DNA from: a virus
Lineage: Duplodnaviria > Heunggongvirae > Uroviricota > Caudoviricetes
Strand: one strand, 5' to 3'
IMG/VR virus record: IMGVR_UViG_3300010396_000041
Length of the DNA: 38,720 bases
Shown: positions 23,792 through 33,081 of the stretch, piece by piece
Position numbering within the stretch: the first letter of the stretch is position 1
How the letters are laid out: each line of letters begins with the position of its first letter
The notes under the pieces: generated by a model
What the model saw: the letters and a program-made list of their open reading frames with translations, nothing else
Databases searched by the model: none
What the model was told of the DNA's origin: nothing
Made by a program: the position numbers and the translations under genes

Positions 23792-24520
23792 TCACGTCAC
23801 AGAGGTGAGATTAGTGCCGCTGTAGTTGATGTTGCGGAATGAGTAAACGAATTGGTTAGAGCCCTGCGCGACAGTGGATTCCTCAATGAAACTCGGCTGG
23901 TTGTTACCATTAAAGCCGACTTTAGTGATGCGGGCATTCCCGTCATCCCACGTGTGGACCAGCGGGTAAATAGCAGACAGATCGAAAATCTCGTACAAGA
24001 ACCCATATGCCTGCGCCGTCCACGTCACCCCATCAGGAGAAGTAGACGCGCCAGACGTCTGATTCGACCGGAAGTACGAATAGTAATTCGACGCATCACC
24101 GGCAGCGCTCGCCACCAACCAGTACGTCGTTGACGCAGACAACCCCGTCACCGGCAACGGCACCGACTGATACGACGGCGTCGAGTTCGCCCAGCCCGGT
24201 GGAATCGTCGTCGAAACCAGCACGGTGCTTGACGGAGCGCCAGAGCTGTTCGTCCGCAGCGAGAACGTCGTCGGTGCCGGTGAGCCCGTGGTCGTCATGT
24301 TGAACGCAACCCGACCGACCGTGGTGAACGACCCCGTGGTAAACGACTGCGCGATATACAACCCATTCGACGTCGTGCTACCGGTGCCCGCAGTGGTCTG
24401 CTGAGACACCGTGGTGCCGGTATACACGTACGTCGTTGCGTGAGACCCGAGGAACTGGTTGACCTGATTCGCCAGCGGCAGCTGTGTCGCGGTCGCGCCG
24501 AGCCACGAAGGAGTCGCCAT
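23792..24520 (-). CDS. Minor tail protein, paralog 2
   Basis: Shares W...NQFLGSH..YVY.G, SVPL..TGL and D..ARIT motifs with 26211-26963 and 21523-23781. Confidence 0.75.
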   Translation of the reverse strand: MATPSWLGATATQLPLANQVNQFLGSHATTYVYTGTTVSQQTTAGTGSTTSNGLYIAQSFTTGSFTTVGRVAFNMTTTGSPAPTTFSLRTNSSGAPSSTVLVSTTIPPGWANSTPSYQSVPLPVTGLSASTTYWLVASAAGDASNYYSYFRSNQTSGASTSPDGVTWTAQAYGFLYEIFDLSAIYPLVHTWDDGNARITKVGFNGNNQPSFIEESTVAQGSNQFVYSFRNINYSGTNLTSVT

Positions 24521-26211
24521 CAGCTAAACGCCGCCCAATACGCCGTGTTCGCCACCGTCGAAGAGGAAATCGTCACCGACGAGGGCAGCACCGTCTGCCC
24601 TGTACCAAAGGTCGACCAGCGCGGCGTCGAAGCAGTCGTGCCTGCGTTCACCGTGCCTGCGCTCTGCACCGTCGAGCGGCCAAATCCAGGGGTTGTGGTT
24701 GAAGCGTTCGCCAAGAACCCAAGGTAGTAGATTCCTGGCGCGACAGTCTGCGCTGCCCCCAGGCCCATAGTCTTCAAGCCGGTCGTCCCCCAGTTCGTCG
24801 TTTGATCGCCTACATTCGACAGTAGCGTGCCTGAAGAGTTGTACAACCCTGCGGAATTCTCGCTAGCCGTCAATCCGGAGGGCGCAGCAGCGACGCACAG
24901 CAGCAGGTTCGTGATGGTGGTGGTCTGACGAATGTTGATCCGACACAGGTACAGCACCCCGCTGGTGGGAGTGGATGACGCGGTCTGGAGCGCCGGATCG
25001 TACGTCCAGGCGATCAGGTTCTGATCACTCGGCAGTGGAACGTTAGAGGAAGGCAGATCAATCAGCGAAGAAGTCGTCTGCGTGTTCGGGTTGCCCGTCA
25101 TGCCCAGGCAAGCCTTACGCACCAGGAATGAGTTGCCACCAGTATCGTTCCACGCCGAGCTAATGCCCTGGAGGACACTGTCGGCGACCACGACGTTGCT
25201 GGAGCTGGTCAAAGTGATGGCGTTCGCTGGATAGTAGTTCGAGCTGTTCGGGTTCTGCCCAGACTCAACGTTTACGCCGGTGATGGTAACTGGGACGGTA
25301 GAGCTGGTGACGATGATGCCGTTGTTGTTCGTTCCACCATTGCCATCCGCGTGCAGCTTCCCGCCCGTCCAGACGATACCGCCACCTTGGGTGCTCTGAC
25401 CGGTAGCCGAGTGGATGCGCAGACCTTCGGAAGCGTTCTGGTCGGTGGTGCATCCGCTGAAGACAATGGAACCGGATGAGCCGGTAATGTCGAATCCACG
25501 GCCGCCGCTGGACCATTCTGCCCGGCATGCTATGAGAACGGAATTGCTATTGTTCTGAAGGGAGAAATTGTTCCCCGCATTGCCGAAACCCAGACAATTA
25601 CTAAGCGTAGCATCAGTGATATTGGCGAGATTAAAACCGGTGTTTACTGAACTGACAATAGACAGTCTGGTGTAGCGCTGGTGATATGGGAACGTCGGAG
25701 TAATTCCGCTTTCAGTCTGACCTGATGCAGTCAGCCCATTGTGTGGCGCGCCGTAGACGAACACGTCTTCCAGATGTACATCATAGACAGGGCCGACCAT
25801 GTTGATGCCCTGAAGGTTGGAAGACGCATTTGCCGACCCATCGATATAAATATTCTTCAACCCGCATGCTGCCGTGTTCACCGACCAGCCGCCCGGCGTC
25901 TTCGACAGGATCTCCACGATGCCCGTCGAAGACGAAGGAGCCCACGATGACAGCGCGGTGATGCGAGCCACGTTCGAAGGTACCGTACCGAGGTTAAGCG
26001 TGATATCGGTCTGCCCGACCAAGAACGTGAACGGCGGAATGATCACCGGGTTGGCAACTGCATACTTGCCCGGAGGCAGTAGCACATACCCGCCGCCATT
26101 GGTGTTCCACTGGAAGGCCAACGCCGCATTGATCGCCGACGAATCATCGTTCGTGCCATTACCCAAGGCGCCGAAATCCTGCGGGGTCACGAACCCAGCC
26201 AAGTAAGGCAT
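24520..26211 (-). CDS. Tailspike/depolymerase, pectate-lyase-3-like right-handed beta-helix
   Basis: VTPQDFGALGNGTNDDSSAINAAL...VLLPPGKY signature followed by Asn/Gly-rich coils. Confidence 0.85.
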   Translation of the reverse strand: MPYLAGFVTPQDFGALGNGTNDDSSAINAALAFQWNTNGGGYVLLPPGKYAVANPVIIPPFTFLVGQTDITLNLGTVPSNVARITALSSWAPSSSTGIVEILSKTPGGWSVNTAACGLKNIYIDGSANASSNLQGINMVGPVYDVHLEDVFVYGAPHNGLTASGQTESGITPTFPYHQRYTRLSIVSSVNTGFNLANITDATLSNCLGFGNAGNNFSLQNNSNSVLIACRAEWSSGGRGFDITGSSGSIVFSGCTTDQNASEGLRIHSATGQSTQGGGIVWTGGKLHADGNGGTNNNGIIVTSSTVPVTITGVNVESGQNPNSSNYYPANAITLTSSSNVVVADSVLQGISSAWNDTGGNSFLVRKACLGMTGNPNTQTTSSLIDLPSSNVPLPSDQNLIAWTYDPALQTASSTPTSGVLYLCRINIRQTTTITNLLLCVAAAPSGLTASENSAGLYNSSGTLLSNVGDQTTNWGTTGLKTMGLGAAQTVAPGIYYLGFLANASTTTPGFGRSTVQSAGTVNAGTTASTPRWSTFGTGQTVLPSSVTISSSTVANTAYWAAFS

Positions 26212-26963
26212 CAGACAACTCCCGTCGGAAACTGACCGCTGTAAGTGATGGTCCGGGAAGAACTGAAACCCGAACCGTCCTGAGACACCACCGATTCGGC
26301 AACGCCGATCAACTGAACGGAGCTGTTATAGGTGAAGGTGGTCACCCTTGCCCCGCTGTCGCCAATCAGCGACGACGGCGGCCAGTTCGTTCCTGACGCG
26401 TCGTACACCTGATACATGAACCCGTACGCCTGCTCGTTCCAGGTCACCCCGTCGCTTGATAGGGAAGCGCCGGAAGTCTGATTCGACTGCTGCCAGGCAT
26501 AGTAGTTGCTCGCGCCGCCCGCAGGGGAGAGCACCAGCTGATACGGGGTCGAGGCGGTAAGCCCGGACGCGCCGAGCGGCACCGTCACCCAGAACGGCGA
26601 GGTGTACACGTACTGCGAGGAGAGCGACGAGGACGCGATCGGCGAGCCGGTCGGCACCCCTGAGGCGTTCGCGTACAGCGAGACCGTCAGCGCTGGAATC
26701 AGCGCACTGACCGGCGAACCGCCCACCGTGGAGACCTGAAGCAGCACCTGCCCGATCGTGGTCTGTGTCGATGAGGTGGTGAACGTCTGGGCCATGTACT
26801 GCCCGTCGCTCGACTGATACAGCGAAGAACCGGTCTGTTGCGAGGAACGCAGGATATTGCCGGAGTAGACCCACGACGAGGTGTGCGAGCCGAGGAACTG
26901 GTTGATCTGCCCCGGACGGGCTGGCGAGCCTGCCGAGGCAGCCAGCCATGTCTGTACCGCCAC
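26211..26963 (-). CDS. Minor tail protein, paralog 1
   Basis: Clear co-linear similarity to 23792-24520. Confidence 0.75.
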   Translation of the reverse strand: MAVQTWLAASAGSPARPGQINQFLGSHTSSWVYSGNILRSSQQTGSSLYQSSDGQYMAQTFTTSSTQTTIGQVLLQVSTVGGSPVSALIPALTVSLYANASGVPTGSPIASSSLSSQYVYTSPFWVTVPLGASGLTASTPYQLVLSPAGGASNYYAWQQSNQTSGASLSSDGVTWNEQAYGFMYQVYDASGTNWPPSSLIGDSGARVTTFTYNSSVQLIGVAESVVSQDGSGFSSSRTITYSGQFPTGVV

Positions 26964-26972
26964 GCTGCCTCC

Positions 26973-27605
26973 TTACGGGCCGAGGAGAAGGCTGATCTGC
27001 AACAGCAACGTGTCGGTGGTCGGCACGCTGACCGTCGGGCTGAACGCCCAATGGTTGAGCATCGTCCCAGAGTTCAACGCGCTTGACGCGCCAGCGAACA
27101 ACCCTGCCTCCGAGACCACCCAGGTCAAGGGAGGCGCCGGGAAGTAGAACAGCCAGGTGGCGGTCGCCGCGATAGCCAAGGTCGCCGGAGAGGACGCGCC
27201 AGCGCCTACCGTCTCGCGGCCGAGCTCGGCGAACAGCTGGACGTCAGACTTCGCGGGAGTGCCTGCCCCGTTGCCGACCGCGCCATACAGGGGGGTGAGG
27301 TAGGTTGAGGAGGTCAAGCCCAGTTGCGAGGCGATGTCTTGCACCCCGGACCACACCAGCGCGGCAGCCAGGTCGGTATAGCCGTTCGTGGTGACGATGT
27401 TGTTGCCGATCCGCTCATCCCGGACCAGCCCTTCCCGCCCCGTGATGGCGCGCAGAGCGGGCTCTGACGGGCTATCGAGGCTCGGCGCTAGGGCAGCGTA
27501 GGCGCGAAGCTCCTCGCGCGTCAGCGGCGCTCCTCGCAGCACGGTCGCTCGAAGGCGACCCCGCAGGGCTACCGACTCGGCTGCTTCAGCTCCACGCGAT
27601 GGCAC
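26973..27605 (-). CDS. Baseplate/tail-fibre attachment-type protein
   Basis: GGGAGG RBS 6 nt before GTG 27605; NIVTTNG...AVGNGAGTPAKSDVQLFAELGR...EAGLF pattern of tail-collar-related proteins. Confidence 0.65.
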   Translation of the reverse strand: MPSRGAEAAESVALRGRLRATVLRGAPLTREELRAYAALAPSLDSPSEPALRAITGREGLVRDERIGNNIVTTNGYTDLAAALVWSGVQDIASQLGLTSSTYLTPLYGAVGNGAGTPAKSDVQLFAELGRETVGAGASSPATLAIAATATWLFYFPAPPLTWVVSEAGLFAGASSALNSGTMLNHWAFSPTVSVPTTDTLLLQISLLLGP

Positions 27606-27801
27606 CCCACACCTCCCGATCCCACGACGGCGCGGAGGTACGCAGGTAGATCGTGCCGAGGTCAGCCCATGTGGTCTGCTCGTCAGCCTCCGCCAGCGCC
27701 CCGATTCCCGAGGTCGAGGTATCCGGCGACGAAGCGTTCTGGTTGTTGATGGAGCCGAGTACGTCCACCAGCGAATACGGGCGGAACACACCTGAAGCCA
27801 T
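27586..27801 (-). CDS. Small tail-module protein
   Basis: AAGGAG RBS; 71 aa. Confidence 0.6.
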   Translation of the reverse strand: MASGVFRPYSLVDVLGSINNQNASSPDTSTSGIGALAEADEQTTWADLGTIYLRTSAPSWDREVWGAIAWS

Positions 27802-27811
27802 TGCCTACTCC

Positions 27812-29209
27812 TTAGATCCGCACCGCAGTCGGATTCATGACCCGGTAACCGCCCAGGGTGAATGTCACCGTATTCGAGATCAGGATGAATGTGTCGTTGA
27901 TTCCCCAACGATTGTTCTGCACGTCATACACCAGACCGTTGATGATCTTGCAGGTCTGCCCCGAGCGCACCCACCCGAGGAAGTCCTCACCGGTGTTGAA
28001 CACCATCCGCTCCACCGCGAACGCGTACTCCGTCCGGGTCTGCATCGCCCGAGCCAGCGCCATCGGCACCGTGGTGAGCGACGAGTCGGAGATGTACCGG
28101 CCGAAGATCCCCCGGTTCGGCCCCGAGTACTCAGCGATCGACGCGGTGTCCTGAGCCTGCGCCACTACCGGCACCAGGTAGGTGTACCAGATCTTGATGG
28201 AGGTCCCTGAGCTCGGCGTAGTCGCCGCGATCAAGAACCACTGCCCGATCGAGTTCTGCTGCACCACCCACGAGCCCAATGCCGACTGTCCTGCCGACGC
28301 CTGAGTCACCGTGGTCTTCACCCCGTTGATCTCCAGCGTCCCGACCGAGCTGACGGTGTAACGCAACGGCCACGCCGACTGCGAGCCGTCCGCCTGCCAG
28401 GTGTCGGTCGGCGGCTTGGTCGACGGACCTCCTCCCTGGATCGTCTGGTTGGCGCCCTGCACCAGGATCTTGTTCTCGACGCTGGTGCCGTCCCACTCGT
28501 ACTGGAACTGGGTGTCGAGCTTGATGTGACCTTCTGTGTATGACGGGTTGGGGGTGGTCGGGTCGATGGTGAACGTCACCCCGGACGACTGGGCGGTGGT
28601 GGCGTCGAAGAAGTGCAGCTCCAGGTTCTCGTCCACATACCAGCCGTACGGGGTCGAGGAACCGGCGAGGGTCGCCAGCTGACGCCACGCGGTCGAAAGC
28701 GGGTTGTAGTTCAGGACATACGCCGAGATCACCGGTCCTGGGGCGACGAACCCGCCGTGGCGGGTGGAGACGGCGGTGATGCCGCAGTTCGCCTGATTGA
28801 CCAGGGAGATGACGATCTGGTCGGCGGTGAACCCGTAAAACACTCCATGCACGATCGCGTTGTCGGCATAGAAGGTGTAGTCAGTGCAATTGAGGTCCCA
28901 TTCATTGCTGTTGGGGCCGTCAATCATTTGAATGGGGTCGTTGATGACTCCGGCGAAGAGATTCACGCCAGCGCCGTGGTCATACAGAGAGACCTGACTC
29001 ATCACGGGGATATGAACCTGCGGGGTCGACAATCCCTGAAAGTCTTCCACCAGGGTGAGCACCGCAGTGTCACCCTGGCGTCCGAAGTTCTGCGTGATGG
29101 TCATCTGCTGATTGGCTTCACCCCACGCCAGATAGTTCGTGTAATCGGTCGGCGAACCATCTGGCGGGGTGATGGTGATAGTGATGTTCGGGGAGTTGGG
29201 AATGGTCAC
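27812..29209 (-). CDS. Minor tail protein, baseplate hub (Tal-like)
   Basis: Directly after the tape measure with GTGA coupling; LFAGVI...WDLNCTDY...ADQIV...WYVD..LHF pattern. Confidence 0.65.
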   Translation of the reverse strand: MTIPNSPNITITITPPDGSPTDYTNYLAWGEANQQMTITQNFGRQGDTAVLTLVEDFQGLSTPQVHIPVMSQVSLYDHGAGVNLFAGVINDPIQMIDGPNSNEWDLNCTDYTFYADNAIVHGVFYGFTADQIVISLVNQANCGITAVSTRHGGFVAPGPVISAYVLNYNPLSTAWRQLATLAGSSTPYGWYVDENLELHFFDATTAQSSGVTFTIDPTTPNPSYTEGHIKLDTQFQYEWDGTSVENKILVQGANQTIQGGGPSTKPPTDTWQADGSQSAWPLRYTVSSVGTLEINGVKTTVTQASAGQSALGSWVVQQNSIGQWFLIAATTPSSGTSIKIWYTYLVPVVAQAQDTASIAEYSGPNRGIFGRYISDSSLTTVPMALARAMQTRTEYAFAVERMVFNTGEDFLGWVRSGQTCKIINGLVYDVQNNRWGINDTFILISNTVTFTLGGYRVMNPTAVRI

Positions 29210-32200
29210 GTCAGGTTGATCCTTACGCCTCCGGCGGGCAGCACCCGCGTCGCGATAGCCCGACCGATCTTGTTCACCAGCATGTCCATGTCCTGGTTCG
29301 ACATCACCTGACTGCCGCGCAGGTCGATGACCAACTGGTGGTTCCCGCCGCCTACGGCAGCGCCAGCCGGAGCCGCTGTAAGCCCAGACAGGTTCAGCCC
29401 TGCCTTGGCGCCAGAGAGCGCCAGCGGACCGAGCTTGCGGGTAGCTGCCTCGACCTCACCGGCGTTCGCGGTGATACCGACGGCGATACCCAGGGGGATG
29501 TACTTACCGACCTCGTCCGCCATCACCCGCGACGGCGAGAAGATCGACAGGGCATCCTGAGCCCAGTTCTTCACGTCACCGGCGATGCCCTTGACCTTGT
29601 TCTCCAAGGAGCCGAGCATTCCGGTGATACCAGACATCAGACCACTGATGATGTTCTTACCGATATCGATCAGCCAGTTACCCGCATCCGCCAGCAGGTT
29701 CTTGATCGTGGTCGGCAGGTTCTTGAACCAGGTCACCACGGTGTTGATCCCGTTCTTCACGGAAGTGATAGCACCGTCGAACCATCCCTTGAACTTACCG
29801 GGCAGCGACCCGAACCACGACAGAACAGACTCGACAGTCTTCACTCCGTCCTGGAAGAAACCTTTGATGTCCTTCCAGTACTTAGTTACCAGCGCGACCA
29901 CGAGACCGAGGGGACCGCCGATGATCGCAATGATCAGGCGCCAGTGCCCTTCAATGAAGCCGATCACATCGCCGATGATCGTCGAGAAGAAACTGTAAAT
30001 GAAGTGCCAGATATCCACGACGATCTTGACGACGTCGTTCCACAAACCAATCCAGAAATCACGGAACGCAGCAGAGTGATTCCACAGGTAAACGAACGCG
30101 GCAACCAAAGCGACAATCGCGAGAATGATCAACATAATCGGGTTCGCGTCCATCGCAATGTTCAACAACCACTGCGCTGCCGCAGCCGCCTTCTCCGCCA
30201 CCGCGCTCGCCACCAGGGCAACCTTCTGCGCGACGAACGACGCAGCCGCCCGAGCGCCAGCCACCGCCGACGCCGTCGCCGAACTCACCCACCCCCACAT
30301 CGCCGTCGCGCCCTCAGCGATCGTCGAACCCAGACTGGAGATCGCGTCACTCGCCGTCGACCACGCGCTCGAAGCGAACTGAGCCACCGCCGTACCTGCC
30401 GAGGATGCGAGATCAGCGGCAGCCGACGCGGCGGTCTTCATGACACCGCCGACCGCCTGAACCCCGTCCATCGCAACGCTAAAGCCCTTACCGATACCGC
30501 CAGCGACCTTCGAGATCCCACTCCACACCGTCGAGAGGGTCTGGAAAGCGCCCTTGACCGCGCCGATCGTCTTCCCGAGCACCCCGAGGATGCCGATGAA
30601 CCCGGTGACCCCGATCAGCACAGCAGCGATAGTGCCCGCCAGCTGCTGGTGCCCCTGAATCCACTCGGCGATCGGCTTGACCACCGCGAGGATCGCGTTC
30701 ATCAGCTTCGTGACACCCGGAAGCAGAGCCGTACCGATGGCGATGCCCGTCGCTTCGACCGACTGCTTCGCCTGACTCAGCTTGAACGACGCGGTGGAGG
30801 TGACCTCAGACCAGCCCGAAACCCCGTCCTTCGCGCTGTCAGCGGCTTTCTTCACCGCCGACACGTTCTGATTGAACTTGAGCGCATGCGTGCCCGTCAG
30901 GTCCAGCGCAGTAGTCAGACCAGTCGCGCCACCGGTGAGCTCATCCAGAGTCTTGGTGTAGGTCTGTGCCGCAGGGCTACCCGACTTCAGCAGGTCATTG
31001 AAGCTGTTCGCCTTCTCCGCCGTCGAAGTGAACTGCTTCATCAGGTTCGCCTGCTGCGGCGTAAGCGACTTGAGGTCAGAGGTCCACTGCTTCGAGGTGA
31101 CCGAGCCGTTCAAGAACTCCTGCGCCATCTTCTGCAAGCTGGCAGGCATAGCCTTGATCTCGATCTGAGCGTCAGCGGTCGCGTTCTTCGCGTTCGCCAT
31201 CGTCGAAATCAGGACGTCGCCGCCCTTGGTATTCTTCGCAATCGCCTGCGTCAGCAGATCCATCGTGCCAGTCAGACCCCGGGTACCGAGGTTCTTGGAG
31301 ACATCGTTCGACGACAAGCCGAGCGCGTTCATCTCCTTCACGGCAATCTGCGACGGCGACTGCAACGACCGGATCGTGAACGCCAGGTCCTGAGCAGCCT
31401 GCTGCGCCGACACGCCCTCACCGGTCATCGTCGCCATAGCGCCACCGACCTGGTCAAACGACAAGCCCGCAGCCTTCGCGGTCGGCAGCACCGCCGAGAG
31501 CGACGCCGCCAGCGCCTCCGTGGTCGTCTTACCGTTGGAGACGATCGCGACCATCTCGTTCATGGCCTTGGTGGAGTCCTCGGTCGCCTGGGCGGCGTTG
31601 AGCTGCGTGCCGTAATAGTTCGTCATCACGGTCGTCAGCGCGTTACCCACCGTGGCGAGGTCCGCGCCTTCAGCCTTCGCGCCTTCGGCAGCGACCTTCA
31701 GCACATTCAAGCCCTGCTGGCCGGTATAGCCAGCCGAGCCGATCATGTACATGCCGTTGGTAAGCTCTTCGGTGCCGGTCGCGGTCGCCGTCGAGATGTT
31801 CAAGATCCCCTGGCGCACCAGGCTCAACTGCGCGGCAGTCTCACCGCCAGAGGTCTCCAGCACCGTAGTCATCTTCTGGAAGTCCATCGCGGACTTCACC
31901 GAGAGCCCGCCGACGATCCCAAGACCAAGCGAGACCTTACCCGCCGCCGACGCGAACCCAGCCCACTTACTGCCCGCTCCCTCAGCCGACTTCCCAGCCT
32001 TCTCCGCGTCCTGCGCCGCCCCGCCAGAAGCCGCCGCAGAAGCCGCCCAGACCGCGTCCTGAGAGGCTGTCGCGTCGCGCATGAGCTTCTGGGCGGTCGC
32101 GGCGTCTTTCGTCGCCTTATTCAGCGTCTCCGTGGCTGCGGTCAAATCAGCCATCGCCGCCGCGTCAGTACGAGAGGTCTCCGCCACCTTCGCCTGCGCG

Positions 32201-32487
32201 TCAAGCAGAGCCTTCTCTGCCGCCGCCTGGTTCTCCAGCGCCTTGGTCAACGTCGCCGAAGCGCCGTCCACCTTCGCCGCTGCCAGCTCAACTGCATCAG
32301 CGCCCGACGCGGTCTGCAACAGGCCCTCGTCGATCGCCTTGCCGCTGACATCCGCGCTGTCAGCGGCAGTCTTCATGGCGGTCTCGAACTTACCTAGGGC
32401 GCCGTCGATCCTCTCGTAGACCTCAGACGCCTTGTCGATCGCCTCGACAATCGCCAGGACGGTGAACGCCTCACCGAGCAGCGCCAT
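29206..32487 (-). CDS. Tape measure protein (TP901-like core)
   Basis: About 1090 aa, Ala/Gly-rich helical; SAGYTGQQGLNVLKVAAEGAKAE core, TM segments and periodic W/F in the C-half; follows the chaperone gene. Confidence 0.93.
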   Translation of the reverse strand: MALLGEAFTVLAIVEAIDKASEVYERIDGALGKFETAMKTAADSADVSGKAIDEGLLQTASGADAVELAAAKVDGASATLTKALENQAAAEKALLDAQAKVAETSRTDAAAMADLTAATETLNKATKDAATAQKLMRDATASQDAVWAASAAASGGAAQDAEKAGKSAEGAGSKWAGFASAAGKVSLGLGIVGGLSVKSAMDFQKMTTVLETSGGETAAQLSLVRQGILNISTATATGTEELTNGMYMIGSAGYTGQQGLNVLKVAAEGAKAEGADLATVGNALTTVMTNYYGTQLNAAQATEDSTKAMNEMVAIVSNGKTTTEALAASLSAVLPTAKAAGLSFDQVGGAMATMTGEGVSAQQAAQDLAFTIRSLQSPSQIAVKEMNALGLSSNDVSKNLGTRGLTGTMDLLTQAIAKNTKGGDVLISTMANAKNATADAQIEIKAMPASLQKMAQEFLNGSVTSKQWTSDLKSLTPQQANLMKQFTSTAEKANSFNDLLKSGSPAAQTYTKTLDELTGGATGLTTALDLTGTHALKFNQNVSAVKKAADSAKDGVSGWSEVTSTASFKLSQAKQSVEATGIAIGTALLPGVTKLMNAILAVVKPIAEWIQGHQQLAGTIAAVLIGVTGFIGILGVLGKTIGAVKGAFQTLSTVWSGISKVAGGIGKGFSVAMDGVQAVGGVMKTAASAAADLASSAGTAVAQFASSAWSTASDAISSLGSTIAEGATAMWGWVSSATASAVAGARAAASFVAQKVALVASAVAEKAAAAAQWLLNIAMDANPIMLIILAIVALVAAFVYLWNHSAAFRDFWIGLWNDVVKIVVDIWHFIYSFFSTIIGDVIGFIEGHWRLIIAIIGGPLGLVVALVTKYWKDIKGFFQDGVKTVESVLSWFGSLPGKFKGWFDGAITSVKNGINTVVTWFKNLPTTIKNLLADAGNWLIDIGKNIISGLMSGITGMLGSLENKVKGIAGDVKNWAQDALSIFSPSRVMADEVGKYIPLGIAVGITANAGEVEAATRKLGPLALSGAKAGLNLSGLTAAPAGAAVGGGNHQLVIDLRGSQVMSNQDMDMLVNKIGRAIATRVLPAGGVRINLT

Positions 32488-32710
32488 GGCGTGGACCACC
32501 CTTCTTACCGGCTTGAGAGTTCTGGTAATGCTCTTCGCGGCAGATCAACTCAATGAACAGCAGGTAGTCCATGACCTCCTGAACCGGGCGGCTCAGGAGG
32601 TCAGCCAAGGTGATTCCCAGGCGACTATGGAGCTGCTGCTCAAGCCGGAACTTCTGCAAGCTTTCGGGTCCGGGGCTTCCGGACCTGATCGCTGACATCG
32701 ACTCCATCAG
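32471..32710 (-). CDS. Frameshifted C-terminal extension of the tail assembly chaperone
   Basis: ORF in the +1 frame overlapping the chaperone 3' end; RLGITLADLLSRPVQEVMDYL is gpT-like. Confidence 0.65.
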   Translation of the reverse strand: MMESMSAIRSGSPGPESLQKFRLEQQLHSRLGITLADLLSRPVQEVMDYLLFIELICREEHYQNSQAGKKGGPRHGAAR

Positions 32711-33071
32711 GAAACCGGCGCTGCTCAGCCTTGTCCCGAGACTTGCTCTTACCGTCGATCAGCGTCCACAGCTCGTCGAACACCTCGCCGGGAAGCTTGC
32801 CGATGTGCGCGGCGTCGATCGGCCAGACCGAGCCGTCCTCGTCGTCGATGTTCCACTCCTTGACGTGAGCGAGCACCAGCAGCTGCCGGTACTTCATCAC
32901 GTCAGGGACGGGCGTGACGGTGCTGCCTTCGATCTTCATGTCGGACAGCGCCTTCTCGGCTGCTTCCCGTTCCTGGTAGGAGATGTGCTCGCGCACATCG
33001 ATGTAGTAGTCGAGGCCGGAAGGTCCGACCTTCACGCGGGTGATTCCTTCGTAGGCGGACAGGAAGCTCAT
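32640..33071 (-). CDS. Tail assembly chaperone
   Basis: Between tail tube and tape measure; VKEWNIDDEDG..WPI...IGKLP motif; AAGGA RBS. Confidence 0.85.
   Translation of the reverse strand: MSFLSAYEGITRVKVGPSGLDYYIDVREHISYQEREAAEKALSDMKIEGSTVTPVPDVMKYRQLLVLAHVKEWNIDDEDGSVWPIDAAHIGKLPGEVFDELWTLIDGKSKSRDKAEQRRFPDGVDVSDQVRKPRTRKLAEVPA
32709..32717 (-). other. Candidate +1 frameshift site CGG-TTT-CCT
   Basis: UUU-to-UUC Phe slippage joins the chaperone frame to the downstream ORF. Confidence 0.55.
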
Positions 33072-33081
33072 GGCTTATTCC

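Noticed and set aside
27606-27908. N-terminal extension of the 26973 ORF
   Set aside because: Overlaps two better-supported genes; a good RBS precedes GTG 27605.
29338-32397. 1019-aa ORF antisense to the tape measure
   Set aside because: Shadow ORF expected from high-GC codon bias; Arg/His-rich, no RBS or motifs.
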